A stretch of DNA of 64,000 bases from Thermoplasmata archaeon (GTDB lineage Archaea > Thermoplasmatota > Thermoplasmata > Lutacidiplasmatales > UBA184). A program made the translations under genes and the position numbers. Location: positions 9,009 through 73,008 of the forward strand of contig DAHUXZ010000004.1 in the NCBI GenBank assembly GCA_027315455.1, given 5' to 3'. A model generated the notes under the pieces. The model did no database searches. It saw only the letters and a program-made list of their open reading frames with translations, and was not told where the DNA came from. Shown piece after piece: positions 55,216-64,000 of this stretch (its first letter is position 1; every line of letters starts with the position of its first letter).

Positions 55216-57003
55216 TCAGGCCTCCGTGACGCGGCCGACGATCTCGGGGGCGCGGAAGGAATGGCCGTCGTACTTGAGGATCGAGCGGAGCTTGCCATGC
55301 TGCTCCGGGAGCGCCTCGCGGATGAGCCGGCCGAACTGGCCGGTGAAGTTGTGCTCGACCACGTAGGCGGCGTCGACGCTGTCCAGGAACGGACGGAGCG
55401 TCTCGGTCGGCACCGGGAAGAGGGTCCGCGCCTGGTAGAACTTCGAGCGGACCCCGCGACGCTCGAGCAGGGACTGGGCCTCCCGGATCGGTCCCCAGGT
55501 GCTGCCGAACCCGATGAGCCCGATGCGCGCCGAATCGTCACCGAAGAGCCGTGGGGAGGGAAGGTCCTCGCGCGCCTGGAGCATCTTGTCCATGCGCTTG
55601 TGCATCATCTTCACCCGGTTCGCCGGGTTCACGGAGACGTGCCCCCACTCGTCGTGCTCGTTGCCCGTGACCTGGGCGAAGGCGCCGGGGGTCCCGGGCG
55701 GCACGTGCGGGGAGATCCCGTCGGGCGTGAACTGGTAGTACTTGTACGTCTCGAGCTTCGCGAACTCCTCCGCGGTCAGCAGCTTGCCGCGATCGAGGCG
55801 CACGCGGGCGAGGTCGACCGGTGCGCTGGTGACCGTGTTCTGCGACAGGGCCTGGTCCAGCAGGAGGAGCACCGGCACGCGCCACTTGTCGGCGAGGTTG
55901 AGCGCGTCGATCGTGAGGTAGAAGCAGTCCTCGACGGTCCCCGGGGCGAGGATGAAGCGCGGGTACTCGCCGTGGCCCAGGTTCGCGAGATGCGACAGGT
56001 CGGACTGCTCGTGGCGTGTCGGCTCGCCCGTCGACGGACCGACCCGCGCGCAATCGGCGACGACGATCGGGAGCTCGGCGGTGCCGGCGTGGCCGATCCC
56101 CTCGGTCATGAGCGAGAGTCCCGGGCCGCTCGTGCTCGTCATGGCGCGGGCGCCGGCGTAGGCCGCCCCGATCACCATGTTGATCGCCGCGAGCTCGTCC
56201 TCGGCTTGGCGGACGATGCCGTGGAACGGCGGAAGGTAGCGCATCAGGTACTCCATGATCTCCGTGGCCGGGGTGATCGGGTAGCCGGCGAAGAACCGAC
56301 CGCCGCCGACGACGAACCCGAGGGCGACCATCTGGTTGCCGGTGGTGAGCACCTGGTCGCGGGCCTCACCGTCGAGGACCACGCTGCGCGGTCCCATGCC
56401 CGCGTCGATCGCCGCCTGGCGGCCGATCTCGAGGGCCTTGAGGTTCTTCTCGAGGGCTTCCGGGCTCCGCCGGCGGAACCGGCCCTCGATCACCTGCCGC
56501 GTGAGCGCCGGGTCGAAACCCAGCATGACCGAGATGGCGCCGTACGCCGCGGTGTTCTTGTAGATCGGGGCACCGAGCTGGCCACCGGCGAGGGTGGCGA
56601 ACGGAAAGCCGACGGCGTTCGGCAGGTCCGAATGGAAGACGGAGGAATCGTAGAGGATCGTCCCGTCCGGCGCGAGCTCCGCGCGGCTCACGTCGACGGC
56701 CTCGCTATCGAACGCGACGATGAGGTCGACCTGCGACTTCATGGCGGCGATCGGTTCCCGGGAGGCGCGAATGGAGGCGTCCGCGTGTCCTCCCCGGATG
56801 CGGGAGAGCACGTTGCGGGAAGTGTAGATGTACAGGCCCTTGAGGCGGAAGTAGCGACCGAGGAGGTCCGAGACGGTCAGCGTCCCGTCGCCGCCCTGGC
56901 CGCCGATCAGCACGGCCAGGTCGCTGAGCTCCTTCGGCCGACGCGCTTCGCCGGGTCCGGATTCCGCAGGGAGGGCCGTGGTGCGGGCAGCAGGGGTCGT
57001 CAT
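55216..57003 (-). CDS. 2-oxoacid:ferredoxin oxidoreductase, alpha subunit (fused gamma+alpha domains)
   Basis: N-terminal gamma-like GGQGGDG block followed by the alpha-domain blocks AGYPITPATEI and TSGPGLSLM. Confidence 0.9.
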   Translation of the reverse strand: MTTPAARTTALPAESGPGEARRPKELSDLAVLIGGQGGDGTLTVSDLLGRYFRLKGLYIYTSRNVLSRIRGGHADASIRASREPIAAMKSQVDLIVAFDSEAVDVSRAELAPDGTILYDSSVFHSDLPNAVGFPFATLAGGQLGAPIYKNTAAYGAISVMLGFDPALTRQVIEGRFRRRSPEALEKNLKALEIGRQAAIDAGMGPRSVVLDGEARDQVLTTGNQMVALGFVVGGGRFFAGYPITPATEIMEYLMRYLPPFHGIVRQAEDELAAINMVIGAAYAGARAMTSTSGPGLSLMTEGIGHAGTAELPIVVADCARVGPSTGEPTRHEQSDLSHLANLGHGEYPRFILAPGTVEDCFYLTIDALNLADKWRVPVLLLLDQALSQNTVTSAPVDLARVRLDRGKLLTAEEFAKLETYKYYQFTPDGISPHVPPGTPGAFAQVTGNEHDEWGHVSVNPANRVKMMHKRMDKMLQAREDLPSPRLFGDDSARIGLIGFGSTWGPIREAQSLLERRGVRSKFYQARTLFPVPTETLRPFLDSVDAAYVVEHNFTGQFGRLIREALPEQHGKLRSILKYDGHSFRAPEIVGRVTEA

Positions 57004-57238
57004 CGGTTTCGTCGCGTCCGGCCCTCGAGAGCCGACCGCGTCCGTTCGATTCGATGCGCGTATTTAACGGTGGGGGCGCGCGGTCCCGGTCGGTGTAAAT
57101 TCCCGCCGGTTCCGGCGCGCCGTCTCCGCGCCTCCCCGAACGGTGGGCGTCGGATGGAGCGGTCGACGACGTACGCTATCGTGGGCCGGCCGTCGGCGCC
57201 GACAAGCCTTATGTCGCATTCACCGTTTCGCCGGCCGA

Positions 57239-58486
57239 ATGGCGGACGCGCCCCTCGTCGAGGACTATCACCGGGCGACGGCGCAGGAGCGACACGTCGT
57301 TGAGCACCTCGAGATCTGGGACGAAACGCTCCGGGACGGCGAGCAGATGCCCGGGGTGCATTTCTCCCCCGAGGAGAAGCTCCGCATCGCCGAGGCGCTG
57401 AGCGACGCGGGCGTCGGCCTGCTGAACGCCGGCATCCCGGTCGTGTCGGAGGAGGAGACCCGGGCCGTGAAGCTCCTCGTGGACGCCGGCCTTCGCGCCA
57501 AGGTCCTCGCCGCCGGCCGCACCGTCCCCGGGGACGTCGACGCGATCATCCGCAGCGGGGCGAAACACGCGGCGATCTTCGTCGCCGCGAGCGACGTCCA
57601 TCTGCGCTACAAGCTCAAGATGACCCGGGAGGCGGTCCTCGACGCGTCGGTCCGGGCGGTGCGGCAGGCGAAGGCGGCCGGGCTCCACGTGGCGTTCGTG
57701 ACGGAGGACACGACCCGGGCGCCGTTCGATTTCGTCGAGCGGTTGTACGCGGCCGTGGTCGAGGAAGGTGCGGACCGTCTCGTGATCGCCGACACGGTCG
57801 GCGTCATGACCCCGCTGACCTTCCGCTGGTTCCTCCGGGAGTTCGCGCGTCGGGTCCATCCCCGGGACTGGTCCGTCCACTGCCACAACGACTTCGGCCT
57901 CGCGGTCGCCAACACGCTCACCGCGCTCGAGGAGGGCGTGACGAGCCCCCAGGTCTGCGTCAACGGCCTCGGCGAGCGCGCCGGCAACGCGTCGCTCGAG
58001 GAGGTCGTGATGGGGCTCGAGGTTCTCTACGGGGTGCGCACCGGCATCGCGACGGAGAAGCTCTACGGCCTCTCCCGGCTCGTGGAGGAGATCGCCGGGG
58101 TGCCCCTGCCCCCCAACAAGGCGCTCGTGGGGTACAATTCCTTCTCGCACGAGGCCGGTATCCACACCCACGGAATCCTCCAGCACACCCTCACCTACGA
58201 GCCGCTCCAGCCGGGGATGGTCGGCCGCGAGCGGCAGATGATCCTAGGTAAGCACACCGGCAAGGCGGCCCTCGTCGAGAAGCTCAAGGAGCGCAAGGCG
58301 AACCCGAGCGACGAACTGCTGGGCCAGCTTCTGCGTCGCCTCAAGCGGGCGAGCGAGAACCACGGTAAGGAGGAGCTGCAGCGCTTCCTCGAGCAGTACC
58401 GGCGGATCTACGCCCGGCCGGGGATCTCCGACGAGGAGTTCTGGCGCTTGGTGGACGACCTCGGGATCCGGACGGAGCGATCATGA
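57239..58486 (+). CDS. Homocitrate / 2-isopropylmalate / citramalate synthase family enzyme (short form, no LeuA-dimer domain)
   Basis: HMGL-like barrel with TLRDGEQ and HCHNDFGLAVANT motifs. Substrate cannot be assigned from sequence alone. Confidence 0.85.
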   Translation: MADAPLVEDYHRATAQERHVVEHLEIWDETLRDGEQMPGVHFSPEEKLRIAEALSDAGVGLLNAGIPVVSEEETRAVKLLVDAGLRAKVLAAGRTVPGDVDAIIRSGAKHAAIFVAASDVHLRYKLKMTREAVLDASVRAVRQAKAAGLHVAFVTEDTTRAPFDFVERLYAAVVEEGADRLVIADTVGVMTPLTFRWFLREFARRVHPRDWSVHCHNDFGLAVANTLTALEEGVTSPQVCVNGLGERAGNASLEEVVMGLEVLYGVRTGIATEKLYGLSRLVEEIAGVPLPPNKALVGYNSFSHEAGIHTHGILQHTLTYEPLQPGMVGRERQMILGKHTGKAALVEKLKERKANPSDELLGQLLRRLKRASENHGKEELQRFLEQYRRIYARPGISDEEFWRLVDDLGIRTERS

Positions 58487-59766
58487 ACCGAAACAACGGG
58501 AACGGCCAGACCTTGGCCGAGAAGATACTGGCCCGCGCCGCGGGCCGCGAAACGCTGGCGCCCGGCGAGATCGTCGAGGGCCGGGTCGACCTGGCCATGA
58601 TGCACGAGGCCGGCGCGCAGACCGTGGGGCCGTTCCACGAGATGGGCGCGCCGCGGGTCTGGGATCCGGACCGGGTGGTCATCGCCATCGACCACTGGGT
58701 TCCGGCCTCGACGGAGAGCGCTGCGGTCCTCCACCGCATCCTGCGGCGGTTCGCGGCGGAACAGCACCTCCCGCACTTCTACGATGTCGGCCAGCACGGC
58801 ATCTGCCATCAGATCCTGGCCGAGAACGGATGGGTCGTGCCGGGCGACCTGGCCGTCGGGACGGACTCCCACACGAACATGCTCGGGGCGGTCGGGGCGG
58901 TCGCCGCGGGGATCGGTCCCACGGAGATGGCCGCGGTCCTCGCCCTGGGCCGCCTCTGGCTCAAGGTCCCGCCGACGCTCCGCATCCGCGTCCGGGGCCG
59001 GCTCGGAAAGGGCGTCACGGCGAAGGACGTCATCCTCCGCATCCTCGGTGAGGTCAAGACGACCGGGGCGACGTACAAGGCGGTCGAGTTCAGCGGGCCG
59101 ACGATCGAAGGGCTCTCGATGCCCGAGCGGTTCACGCTCTGCAACATGACGACGGAGATGGGGGCGAAGTGCGGCATGGTCGCGCCCGATCCGCGGACGT
59201 TCGAGTACCTCGCGTCGACGGCGAAGCATCCGATGCACCCGCTCACGCCCGATGCCGATGCCCGCTACGAGCGCACGGTCGAGATCGACGTCGAGGGGAT
59301 GCCACCGATGGTGGCCTGCCCGTACTCCCCGGACAACGTCCGGCCCCTCCCGGACGTGGCGCGCGAGCACGTGCGGGTCGACCAGGTCTTCCTTGGTTCC
59401 TGCACGAACGCCCGCATCGAGGACCTGCGCGAGGCCGCCGCCCTCATGAAGGGGGCCAAGGTCCATCCCTCGGTCCGTTACATCGTCTCGCCGGCGTCGA
59501 CCGCGATCTATCAGCAGTGCCTGCGGGAAGGGATCATCGACATCTTCACCGAGGCGGGGGCGGTCTTCACGAACTCGAGCTGCTCGGCCTGCTTCGGGGG
59601 GAACATGGGCATCATCGCGCCGGACGAGGTGTGCGCCTCCTCCTCCAACCGCAACTTCCCCGGCCGCATGGGCGCGAAGAACGGACGGATCTACCTGATG
59701 TCGCCGGCCGCGACGGCGGCGGCGGCGATCCGCGGCGAGATCGCCGACCCGAGGGAGCTGCTCTAG
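58483..59766 (+). CDS. 3-isopropylmalate dehydratase / homoaconitase large subunit
   Basis: Aconitase-family blocks, including the Fe-S Cys ligands (GSCTNARIEDL, SSCSACFGG). The ATG overlaps the upstream stop (ATGA). Confidence 0.9.
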   Translation: MNRNNGNGQTLAEKILARAAGRETLAPGEIVEGRVDLAMMHEAGAQTVGPFHEMGAPRVWDPDRVVIAIDHWVPASTESAAVLHRILRRFAAEQHLPHFYDVGQHGICHQILAENGWVVPGDLAVGTDSHTNMLGAVGAVAAGIGPTEMAAVLALGRLWLKVPPTLRIRVRGRLGKGVTAKDVILRILGEVKTTGATYKAVEFSGPTIEGLSMPERFTLCNMTTEMGAKCGMVAPDPRTFEYLASTAKHPMHPLTPDADARYERTVEIDVEGMPPMVACPYSPDNVRPLPDVAREHVRVDQVFLGSCTNARIEDLREAAALMKGAKVHPSVRYIVSPASTAIYQQCLREGIIDIFTEAGAVFTNSSCSACFGGNMGIIAPDEVCASSSNRNFPGRMGAKNGRIYLMSPAATAAAAIRGEIADPRELL

Positions 59767-59779
59767 GCGAGGTCAGGCC

Positions 59780-60292
59780 ATGCAGGATGTCATCACCGGA
59801 CGCGTGTGGGTCCTCGGCAAGGACGTCGACACGGACCAGATCATCCAGGGGAAGTATCTCACGATCATCGACCCGAACGAGCTCGCCCAACACGTGCTCG
59901 AACTCGTCATGCCCGAGTTTGCCAAGGAGGCGAAGCCCGGGGACATCGTCATTGCGGACGAGAACTTCGGGTGCGGCTCGAGCCGCGAGCACGCCCCCGC
60001 GGGCTTCAAGGCCCTCGGGATCGGGGCGATCGTCGCGGACTCCTTCGCGCGGATCTTCTTCCGCAATACCATCAACCTCGGGGTCCCGGCGATCGAGGCG
60101 CGGGGCGTGCGCGCGATGTTCGAGGCCGGGGACTCGGCCCGCATCGAGCTGAAGGCGGGCCGCATCACGAACCCGCGGACGGGCGCTACCCTGGCGTTCT
60201 CCCCCCTGCCCGAGCATCTCCTCGGGCTCCTCGAGGCGGGCGGGCTCGTCGAGAAGGTCCGCGCCGAGCTCCGGGCGAAGGCCGACGCATGA
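59780..60292 (+). CDS. 3-isopropylmalate dehydratase / homoaconitase small subunit
   Basis: GKDVDTDQIIQGKYL... and ENFGCGSSREHAP blocks. Confidence 0.9.
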   Translation: MQDVITGRVWVLGKDVDTDQIIQGKYLTIIDPNELAQHVLELVMPEFAKEAKPGDIVIADENFGCGSSREHAPAGFKALGIGAIVADSFARIFFRNTINLGVPAIEARGVRAMFEAGDSARIELKAGRITNPRTGATLAFSPLPEHLLGLLEAGGLVEKVRAELRAKADA

Positions 60293-61422
60293 GCTCCGCC
60301 GGCTACCGCATCGTGCTCCTTCCCGGCGACGGCACCGGGCCCGAGGTCATCGCCGAAGGGCGAAAGATCCTGGACACCCTCGCCGAGGGGGACGCCGCGC
60401 CCTGGCGGCTCGAGGAGCACGCGGGCGGGGGGCAGTACTACCTTGCCCACGGGCGGGAGTGGGAACCTGAGGCGGAGGCCGCGACGCGGGCGGCCGACGC
60501 GATCCTCCTCGGGGCTGTCGGGTGGCCCGGCGCGCGGCTCCCCAACGGGGACATGGCGGGCGGGGCGCTCGTGCTCGGTCTGCGCTCGCGCCTCGACCTC
60601 TTCGCGAACGTTCGCCCCTGTCGTCTCTACCCGGGCGTCCTCCACCGCATCAGCGGGGAGTACCGCCAGGTGTGGGACCCGAAGCACGTGGACATGGTCA
60701 TCGTGCGGGAGAACACCGAAGGGCTCTACACCCCCGCCCGGGGGGTGCTCCGGAGGGCCGACGAGACCGAGGTCGCCGTCGACACCCGGATCATCACGAA
60801 GAAGGGCGCCGAGCGGGTGATCCGCTACGCCTTCGACCTCGCGCGCGCCCGGCCCCGGGGCGCCCCCGAGGACGGCACGCGGCGGGTGACGTGCGTCGAC
60901 AAGTCGAACGTCCTCGAGGGCTGCCGCTTCTTCCGCTCGACGTTCGACCGGATCGCGAAGGAGTATCCCGAGATCGAACTCGACTATGCCTACGTGGACG
61001 CGTTCACCCAGTGGATCGTCCGCAATCCCGAGCGCTACGACGTCGTCGTCTCGACGAACATGATGGGGGACATCATCACCGACCTCGCCAGCGTTCTGCA
61101 GGGCGGCATGGGGTTCGCGGCCGGCGGGAACATCGGCACCGACCACGCCATGTTCGAACCGGTGCACGGGAGCGCGCCGAAGTACGCGGGCCAGCACCGT
61201 GTCAACCCGTTCGCGACGTTCTTCGCCGTTGAGATGCTCCTCCGGTGGCTCGGGGAGCGGCGCGCGGACGGCCGCCTCGTCCGCCAGGCCGACCGTCTCG
61301 AGGCCGCGATCGCCTCGACCCTGGCCCGGGGCGACGCCCGGACCTACGACCAGGGCGGCGCGGTCACGACGACCGGGGCGGGGGACCGGCTCGCTGAGGC
61401 GATCCGGGGGATCCCCCGATGA
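60289..61422 (+). CDS. Isopropylmalate / homoisocitrate / tartrate dehydrogenase family enzyme
   Basis: [20 protein letters not shown] and [12 protein letters not shown] blocks. The ATG overlaps the upstream stop. Confidence 0.85.
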   Translation: MSSAGYRIVLLPGDGTGPEVIAEGRKILDTLAEGDAAPWRLEEHAGGGQYYLAHGREWEPEAEAATRAADAILLGAVGWPGARLPNGDMAGGALVLGLRSRLDLFANVRPCRLYPGVLHRISGEYRQVWDPKHVDMVIVRENTEGLYTPARGVLRRADETEVAVDTRIITKKGAERVIRYAFDLARARPRGAPEDGTRRVTCVDKSNVLEGCRFFRSTFDRIAKEYPEIELDYAYVDAFTQWIVRNPERYDVVVSTNMMGDIITDLASVLQGGMGFAAGGNIGTDHAMFEPVHGSAPKYAGQHRVNPFATFFAVEMLLRWLGERRADGRLVRQADRLEAAIASTLARGDARTYDQGGAVTTTGAGDRLAEAIRGIPR

Positions 61423-62600
61423 GCGCCCGCCGGGACGTCGCGGTCGTCGGCGGCGCCACGGTGAAGTTCGGGATCCGGCCGGCGACGTGGCCCGAGCTCG
61501 CCCAGGAGGCCGGGCTCGCGCTCTTCCGCGCGGTCCCCGCGCTCGCGTCGGCCGACGTCGACTCGTTGTTCGTCGGCGCGGCCGAGCCCGAGCGCTTCGC
61601 GTTCCAGTCGCATGTCGCCCCGCTCGCCGCCGAGCAGATGGGGCTCACCCCTCACCGCATCCTGCAGCGGACCGAGCTCGCGTGCGCGTCGGGCCAGTCG
61701 GCGATCCGCAGCGCCTACGCGGCGATCGCCTCCGGGCTCAGCGACGTGGCCGTCGCCGTCGGGGTCGAGAAGATGAACCTCCCCTCGATGGCCGAGGCGA
61801 ACACCGCGATGGCCTGCGTGATGGACCGCCCGTGGGACGGCGTCCACGGGGCGACGGCGCCCCCGTTCTTCGCGATGGTCGCGCAGCGCCACATGCTCGA
61901 GTACGGGACGACCGAGGACCAGCTCGCGGCGGTGTCGGAGAAGAACCATCGGTTCGCGAACGCGAACCCGACGGCCCAGTTTCACGAGAAGACGTTCGCG
62001 CGGGAGAAGCTCCTTAGCCTTCCGCTCGTCGCCCCGCCGCTGCGCCTCGGCGACTGCTCGTCGATGACCGACGGGGCGGCCGCCGTCGTCCTCACGTCCG
62101 GCGAGCTCGCCCGGCGCTACACCGACTCGCCGGCGTGGATCCGCGGCTCCGGCCAGTACTCCGACTTCCACAATCTGGCGAACGCCGGCTCCCTGACCGA
62201 CTGGGTCGGCCTCCGCCGGGCGGGCGCCGAGGCGTTCCGGTCGGCCGGGATCACCCCGGGCGACCTCGACATGGCCGAGCTCCACGACTGCTTCACGATC
62301 TCGGAGATCGTGGAGTACGAGGCGCTCGGCCTCTGCCCGAAGGGCGAGGGGGGGCGCTTCGTGGCCGACGGGCGGTCGGACCTCGGCGGCGACCTCGTGG
62401 TGAACCCGCGCGGGGGTCTCCTCGGCTGCGGGCACCCGCTCGGGGCAACGGGGGTCGCGCAGGCCGTCGAGGTCTTCGAGCAGTTCGCGCAGAAGGTCGA
62501 CCCGCGGCGCCAGGTGCCCGACCCCCACTGGGCGCTCGTCCACAACCTGAGCGGGAGCGCCAACGTCCATTCGTTGATGGTCTACGAGCGGGGAGGCTAG
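61419..62600 (+). CDS. SCP-x/archaeal-type thiolase-like protein
   Basis: Thiolase fold (ACASGQSAI active-site Cys region; GGLLGCGHPLGATGVAQAVEVFEQ). The ATG overlaps the dehydrogenase stop (ATGA). Confidence 0.85.
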   Translation: MSARRDVAVVGGATVKFGIRPATWPELAQEAGLALFRAVPALASADVDSLFVGAAEPERFAFQSHVAPLAAEQMGLTPHRILQRTELACASGQSAIRSAYAAIASGLSDVAVAVGVEKMNLPSMAEANTAMACVMDRPWDGVHGATAPPFFAMVAQRHMLEYGTTEDQLAAVSEKNHRFANANPTAQFHEKTFAREKLLSLPLVAPPLRLGDCSSMTDGAAAVVLTSGELARRYTDSPAWIRGSGQYSDFHNLANAGSLTDWVGLRRAGAEAFRSAGITPGDLDMAELHDCFTISEIVEYEALGLCPKGEGGRFVADGRSDLGGDLVVNPRGGLLGCGHPLGATGVAQAVEVFEQFAQKVDPRRQVPDPHWALVHNLSGSANVHSLMVYERGG

Positions 62601-62601
62601 C

Positions 62602-63105
62602 ATGACCGAGGCGGCCGTCGAGCTGGCGAAGAAGAAGCGACCGGTCGAGGCGGCGCCGTCGGCGACCGGGGCGGCGTCCGTCCCGTTCCTGCTCGACTTC
62701 TATCCCCTCGAGCGCGACGATCAGACCCGCCTCGCCCGGTTCTACGCGGCGCTCCGGGACGGCCGACTCACGACCACCCGCTGCCGCCGCGATGGCGGCC
62801 TCCTCTGGCCCCCGAGGACCGTCTGCCCCCGGTGCCACGACGACGCCCTCGACTGGGTCGACCTGCCGATGCGCGGGCAGATCTACGCGTTCAGCGCGGT
62901 CCTCGCCGGTGCCCCCCTCGGCATGGAGGGCGAGGTCCCGTTCGTCGTGGGCCTGGTCGACCTCGACGGAGCGCCGTTGCGCCTCTTCGGCCGGATCGAG
63001 GGCACGCCGTGGACCGGGGTGCGGATCGGCCAGGCGGTGCGGGTCGAGGCCTACACGATCCCGGACGGCCGCGTCTTCTACCGCTTCCGGATGGACGGCC
63101 GCTGA
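62602..63105 (+). CDS. DUF35 OB-fold/zinc-ribbon protein
   Basis: C...CPRC ribbon (CRRDGGLLWPPRTVCPRC) plus an OB-fold region. It starts 1 nt after the thiolase stop. Confidence 0.8.
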   Translation: MTEAAVELAKKKRPVEAAPSATGAASVPFLLDFYPLERDDQTRLARFYAALRDGRLTTTRCRRDGGLLWPPRTVCPRCHDDALDWVDLPMRGQIYAFSAVLAGAPLGMEGEVPFVVGLVDLDGAPLRLFGRIEGTPWTGVRIGQAVRVEAYTIPDGRVFYRFRMDGR

Positions 63106-63140
63106 GCCCGGGCGCCGTCGCGGGCCGTCCGAGTGAAGTC

Positions 63141-63148
63141 TATTTATA
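63141..63148 (+). promoter_or_regulatory. TATA box (TATTTATA) upstream of the AglB-like gene
   Basis: AT island 48-55 nt upstream of the ATG at 63196. Confidence 0.45.
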
Positions 63149-63195
63149 GACCCCCTTGGTCTCGCGCGCCGCCGTCAGGGGAAGGTCTCTCATCG

Positions 63196-64000
63196 ATGGT
63201 CTCCGCCAGTTCGGATTGGTGGCGCCGCCACGGCTGGACGGTCGTCCTGCTGCTGTCGGCCTTCGGCATCGCCCTGCTCATTCGCACGGTCTTCATGGCC
63301 CCGGTGATCGAGCTGTTCGGGCCGCTCAACGTCTACGGCGGCGGCTCGGACTCGTTCTACCACAGCCGGGTGATGACCTACATCATCCAGACCCACACGA
63401 ACCTCGTCCGGGACCCCGGCCTCCACTACCCGTTCGGGGCCGTCAACCCGCGCGAGCCGCTGTTCGACTGGATGAACGCGATCCTCGGGATCCTCTTCGC
63501 GCCGCTCTTCGGCGGCAACGCGGTCGTGGCCGGCGCGTGGTGGCTCGACTTCCAGGGCCCGCTCTGGGCCGCGCTCGGCGTCTTCCCCGTCTACCTGATC
63601 GGCCGCGAGGTCAGCTCGCGGCGGATGGCCCTCGTCGCGGCGCTCCTCTACCCCTTCCTCGTCGCGAACATCGACTCCTCGACGTTCGGCTACGCGAACT
63701 ACCTGTCGTTCTACACCTTCTTCATCCTCCTCACGCTCTACGGCTACCTGCGCACGATCAAGGCGACGGGGAACCGGCGCTGGGTCGATAGCTACCGGCA
63801 CCCGCGGCAGATCCCCGGCGCGCTCCGGGCCTTCGCGCGGACCGAGCGGCAATCGGTCAAGTGGGCGGTCTTCACCGGGGTTTCCTTCGGCGCGCTCGCG
63901 CTCGCCTGGCAGGGGTACACGTACGCGGTGGCCGCGATCGTGGTCTTCCTCGTCGTGACGCTCATCGTCGAGCGCATCCGGCGCGTCGACTCCTTCGGCC
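63196..64000 (+). CDS. aglB: Oligosaccharyltransferase AglB/STT3-family protein, 5' partial (runs off the window)
   Basis: My own translation of frame 1 from the ATG at 63196 gives 268 codons with no stop. It is multi-TM with the N-terminal loop GGGSDSFYHSR, like the first acidic loop of STT3/AglB. It is absent from the supplied ORF track because no stop falls in the window. Confidence 0.7.
   Translation, partial: MVSASSDWWRRHGWTVVLLLSAFGIALLIRTVFMAPVIELFGPLNVYGGGSDSFYHSRVMTYIIQTHTNLVRDPGLHYPFGAVNPREPLFDWMNAILGILFAPLFGGNAVVAGAWWLDFQGPLWAALGVFPVYLIGREVSSRRMALVAALLYPFLVANIDSSTFGYANYLSFYTFFILLTLYGYLRTIKATGNRRWVDSYRHPRQIPGALRAFARTERQSVKWAVFTGVSFGALALAWQGYTYAVAAIVVFLVVTLIVERIRRVDSFG

Noticed and set aside
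57155-57303. Possible leader peptide (MERSTTYAIVGRPSAPTSLMSH...) upstream of and overlapping the synthase gene of the six-gene operon.
   Set aside because: It shows no enrichment for Leu, Lys, Ile or any single regulatory amino acid. It overlaps the real start in another frame, and its composition matches the spurious GC-driven ORFs.
63156-63791. 211-aa plus-strand ORF and the 220-aa minus-strand ORF (63190-63852) listed in the track.
   Set aside because: Both are Arg/Pro/Gly-rich. The third frame, from the ATG at 63196, encodes a convincing multi-TM STT3/AglB-like N-terminus with no stop to the window end.
1-64000. Search for CRISPR arrays, IS elements, integrases, prophage or toxin-antitoxin/defence islands.
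   Set aside because: I saw no regularly spaced direct repeats, no transposase, integrase or Cas-like translations, and no compositionally deviant block larger than the short AT-rich promoter islands. The window looks like core chromosome.

Overview
This is a very GC-rich archaeal chromosomal segment (roughly 70% GC by eye), densely coding and dominated by housekeeping genes. I saw no CRISPR array, transposase/integrase or rRNA. Gene content and order look euryarchaeal or Thermoplasmatota-like, but that placement is a guess.

The core is the archaeal ribosomal-protein supraoperon on the minus strand (16.3-28.2 kb): uL3-uL4-uL23-uL2-uS19-uL22-uS3-uL29-Rpp29-uS17-uL14-uL24-eS4-uL5-uS14-uS8-uL6-eL32-eL19-uL18-uS5-uL30-uL15. 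It is followed by secY, a DUF106 (YidC-like) membrane protein, cmk and cbf5.

Other recognisable genes:
- Replication, translation and RNA modification: PCNA, CysRS, HisRS, AlaX, TiaS, a RaSEA-like radical-SAM protein, an Sm protein.
- Chaperones and proteases: DnaK, HtpX, a PAC2 proteasome chaperone.
- Metabolism: HTH-riboflavin kinase, NadE, citrate synthase, SufS-like desulfurase, two-subunit 2-oxoacid:ferredoxin oxidoreductase.
- Lipid precursor synthesis: the archaeal HMG-CoA synthase/thiolase/DUF35 trio.
- Envelope: an MMPL transporter, glycosyltransferases, and the 5' part of an AglB/STT3 gene that is absent from the supplied ORF track.

Most notable observations:
1. Two tRNA genes, Arg-UCU and Ala-GGC, are each interrupted by a 33-nt insertion at the same T-loop position. 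The two inserts are clearly related to each other.
2. A tightly coupled six-gene operon joins 2-oxoacid chain-elongation enzymes to a thiolase/DUF35 pair.
3. SecY carries an N-terminal extension with two extra hydrophobic segments.
4. uS5 carries an RG-rich C-terminal tail.

Many long ORFs in the supplied track are Arg/Pro/Gly-rich antisense or out-of-frame artefacts of the high GC content and were rejected.
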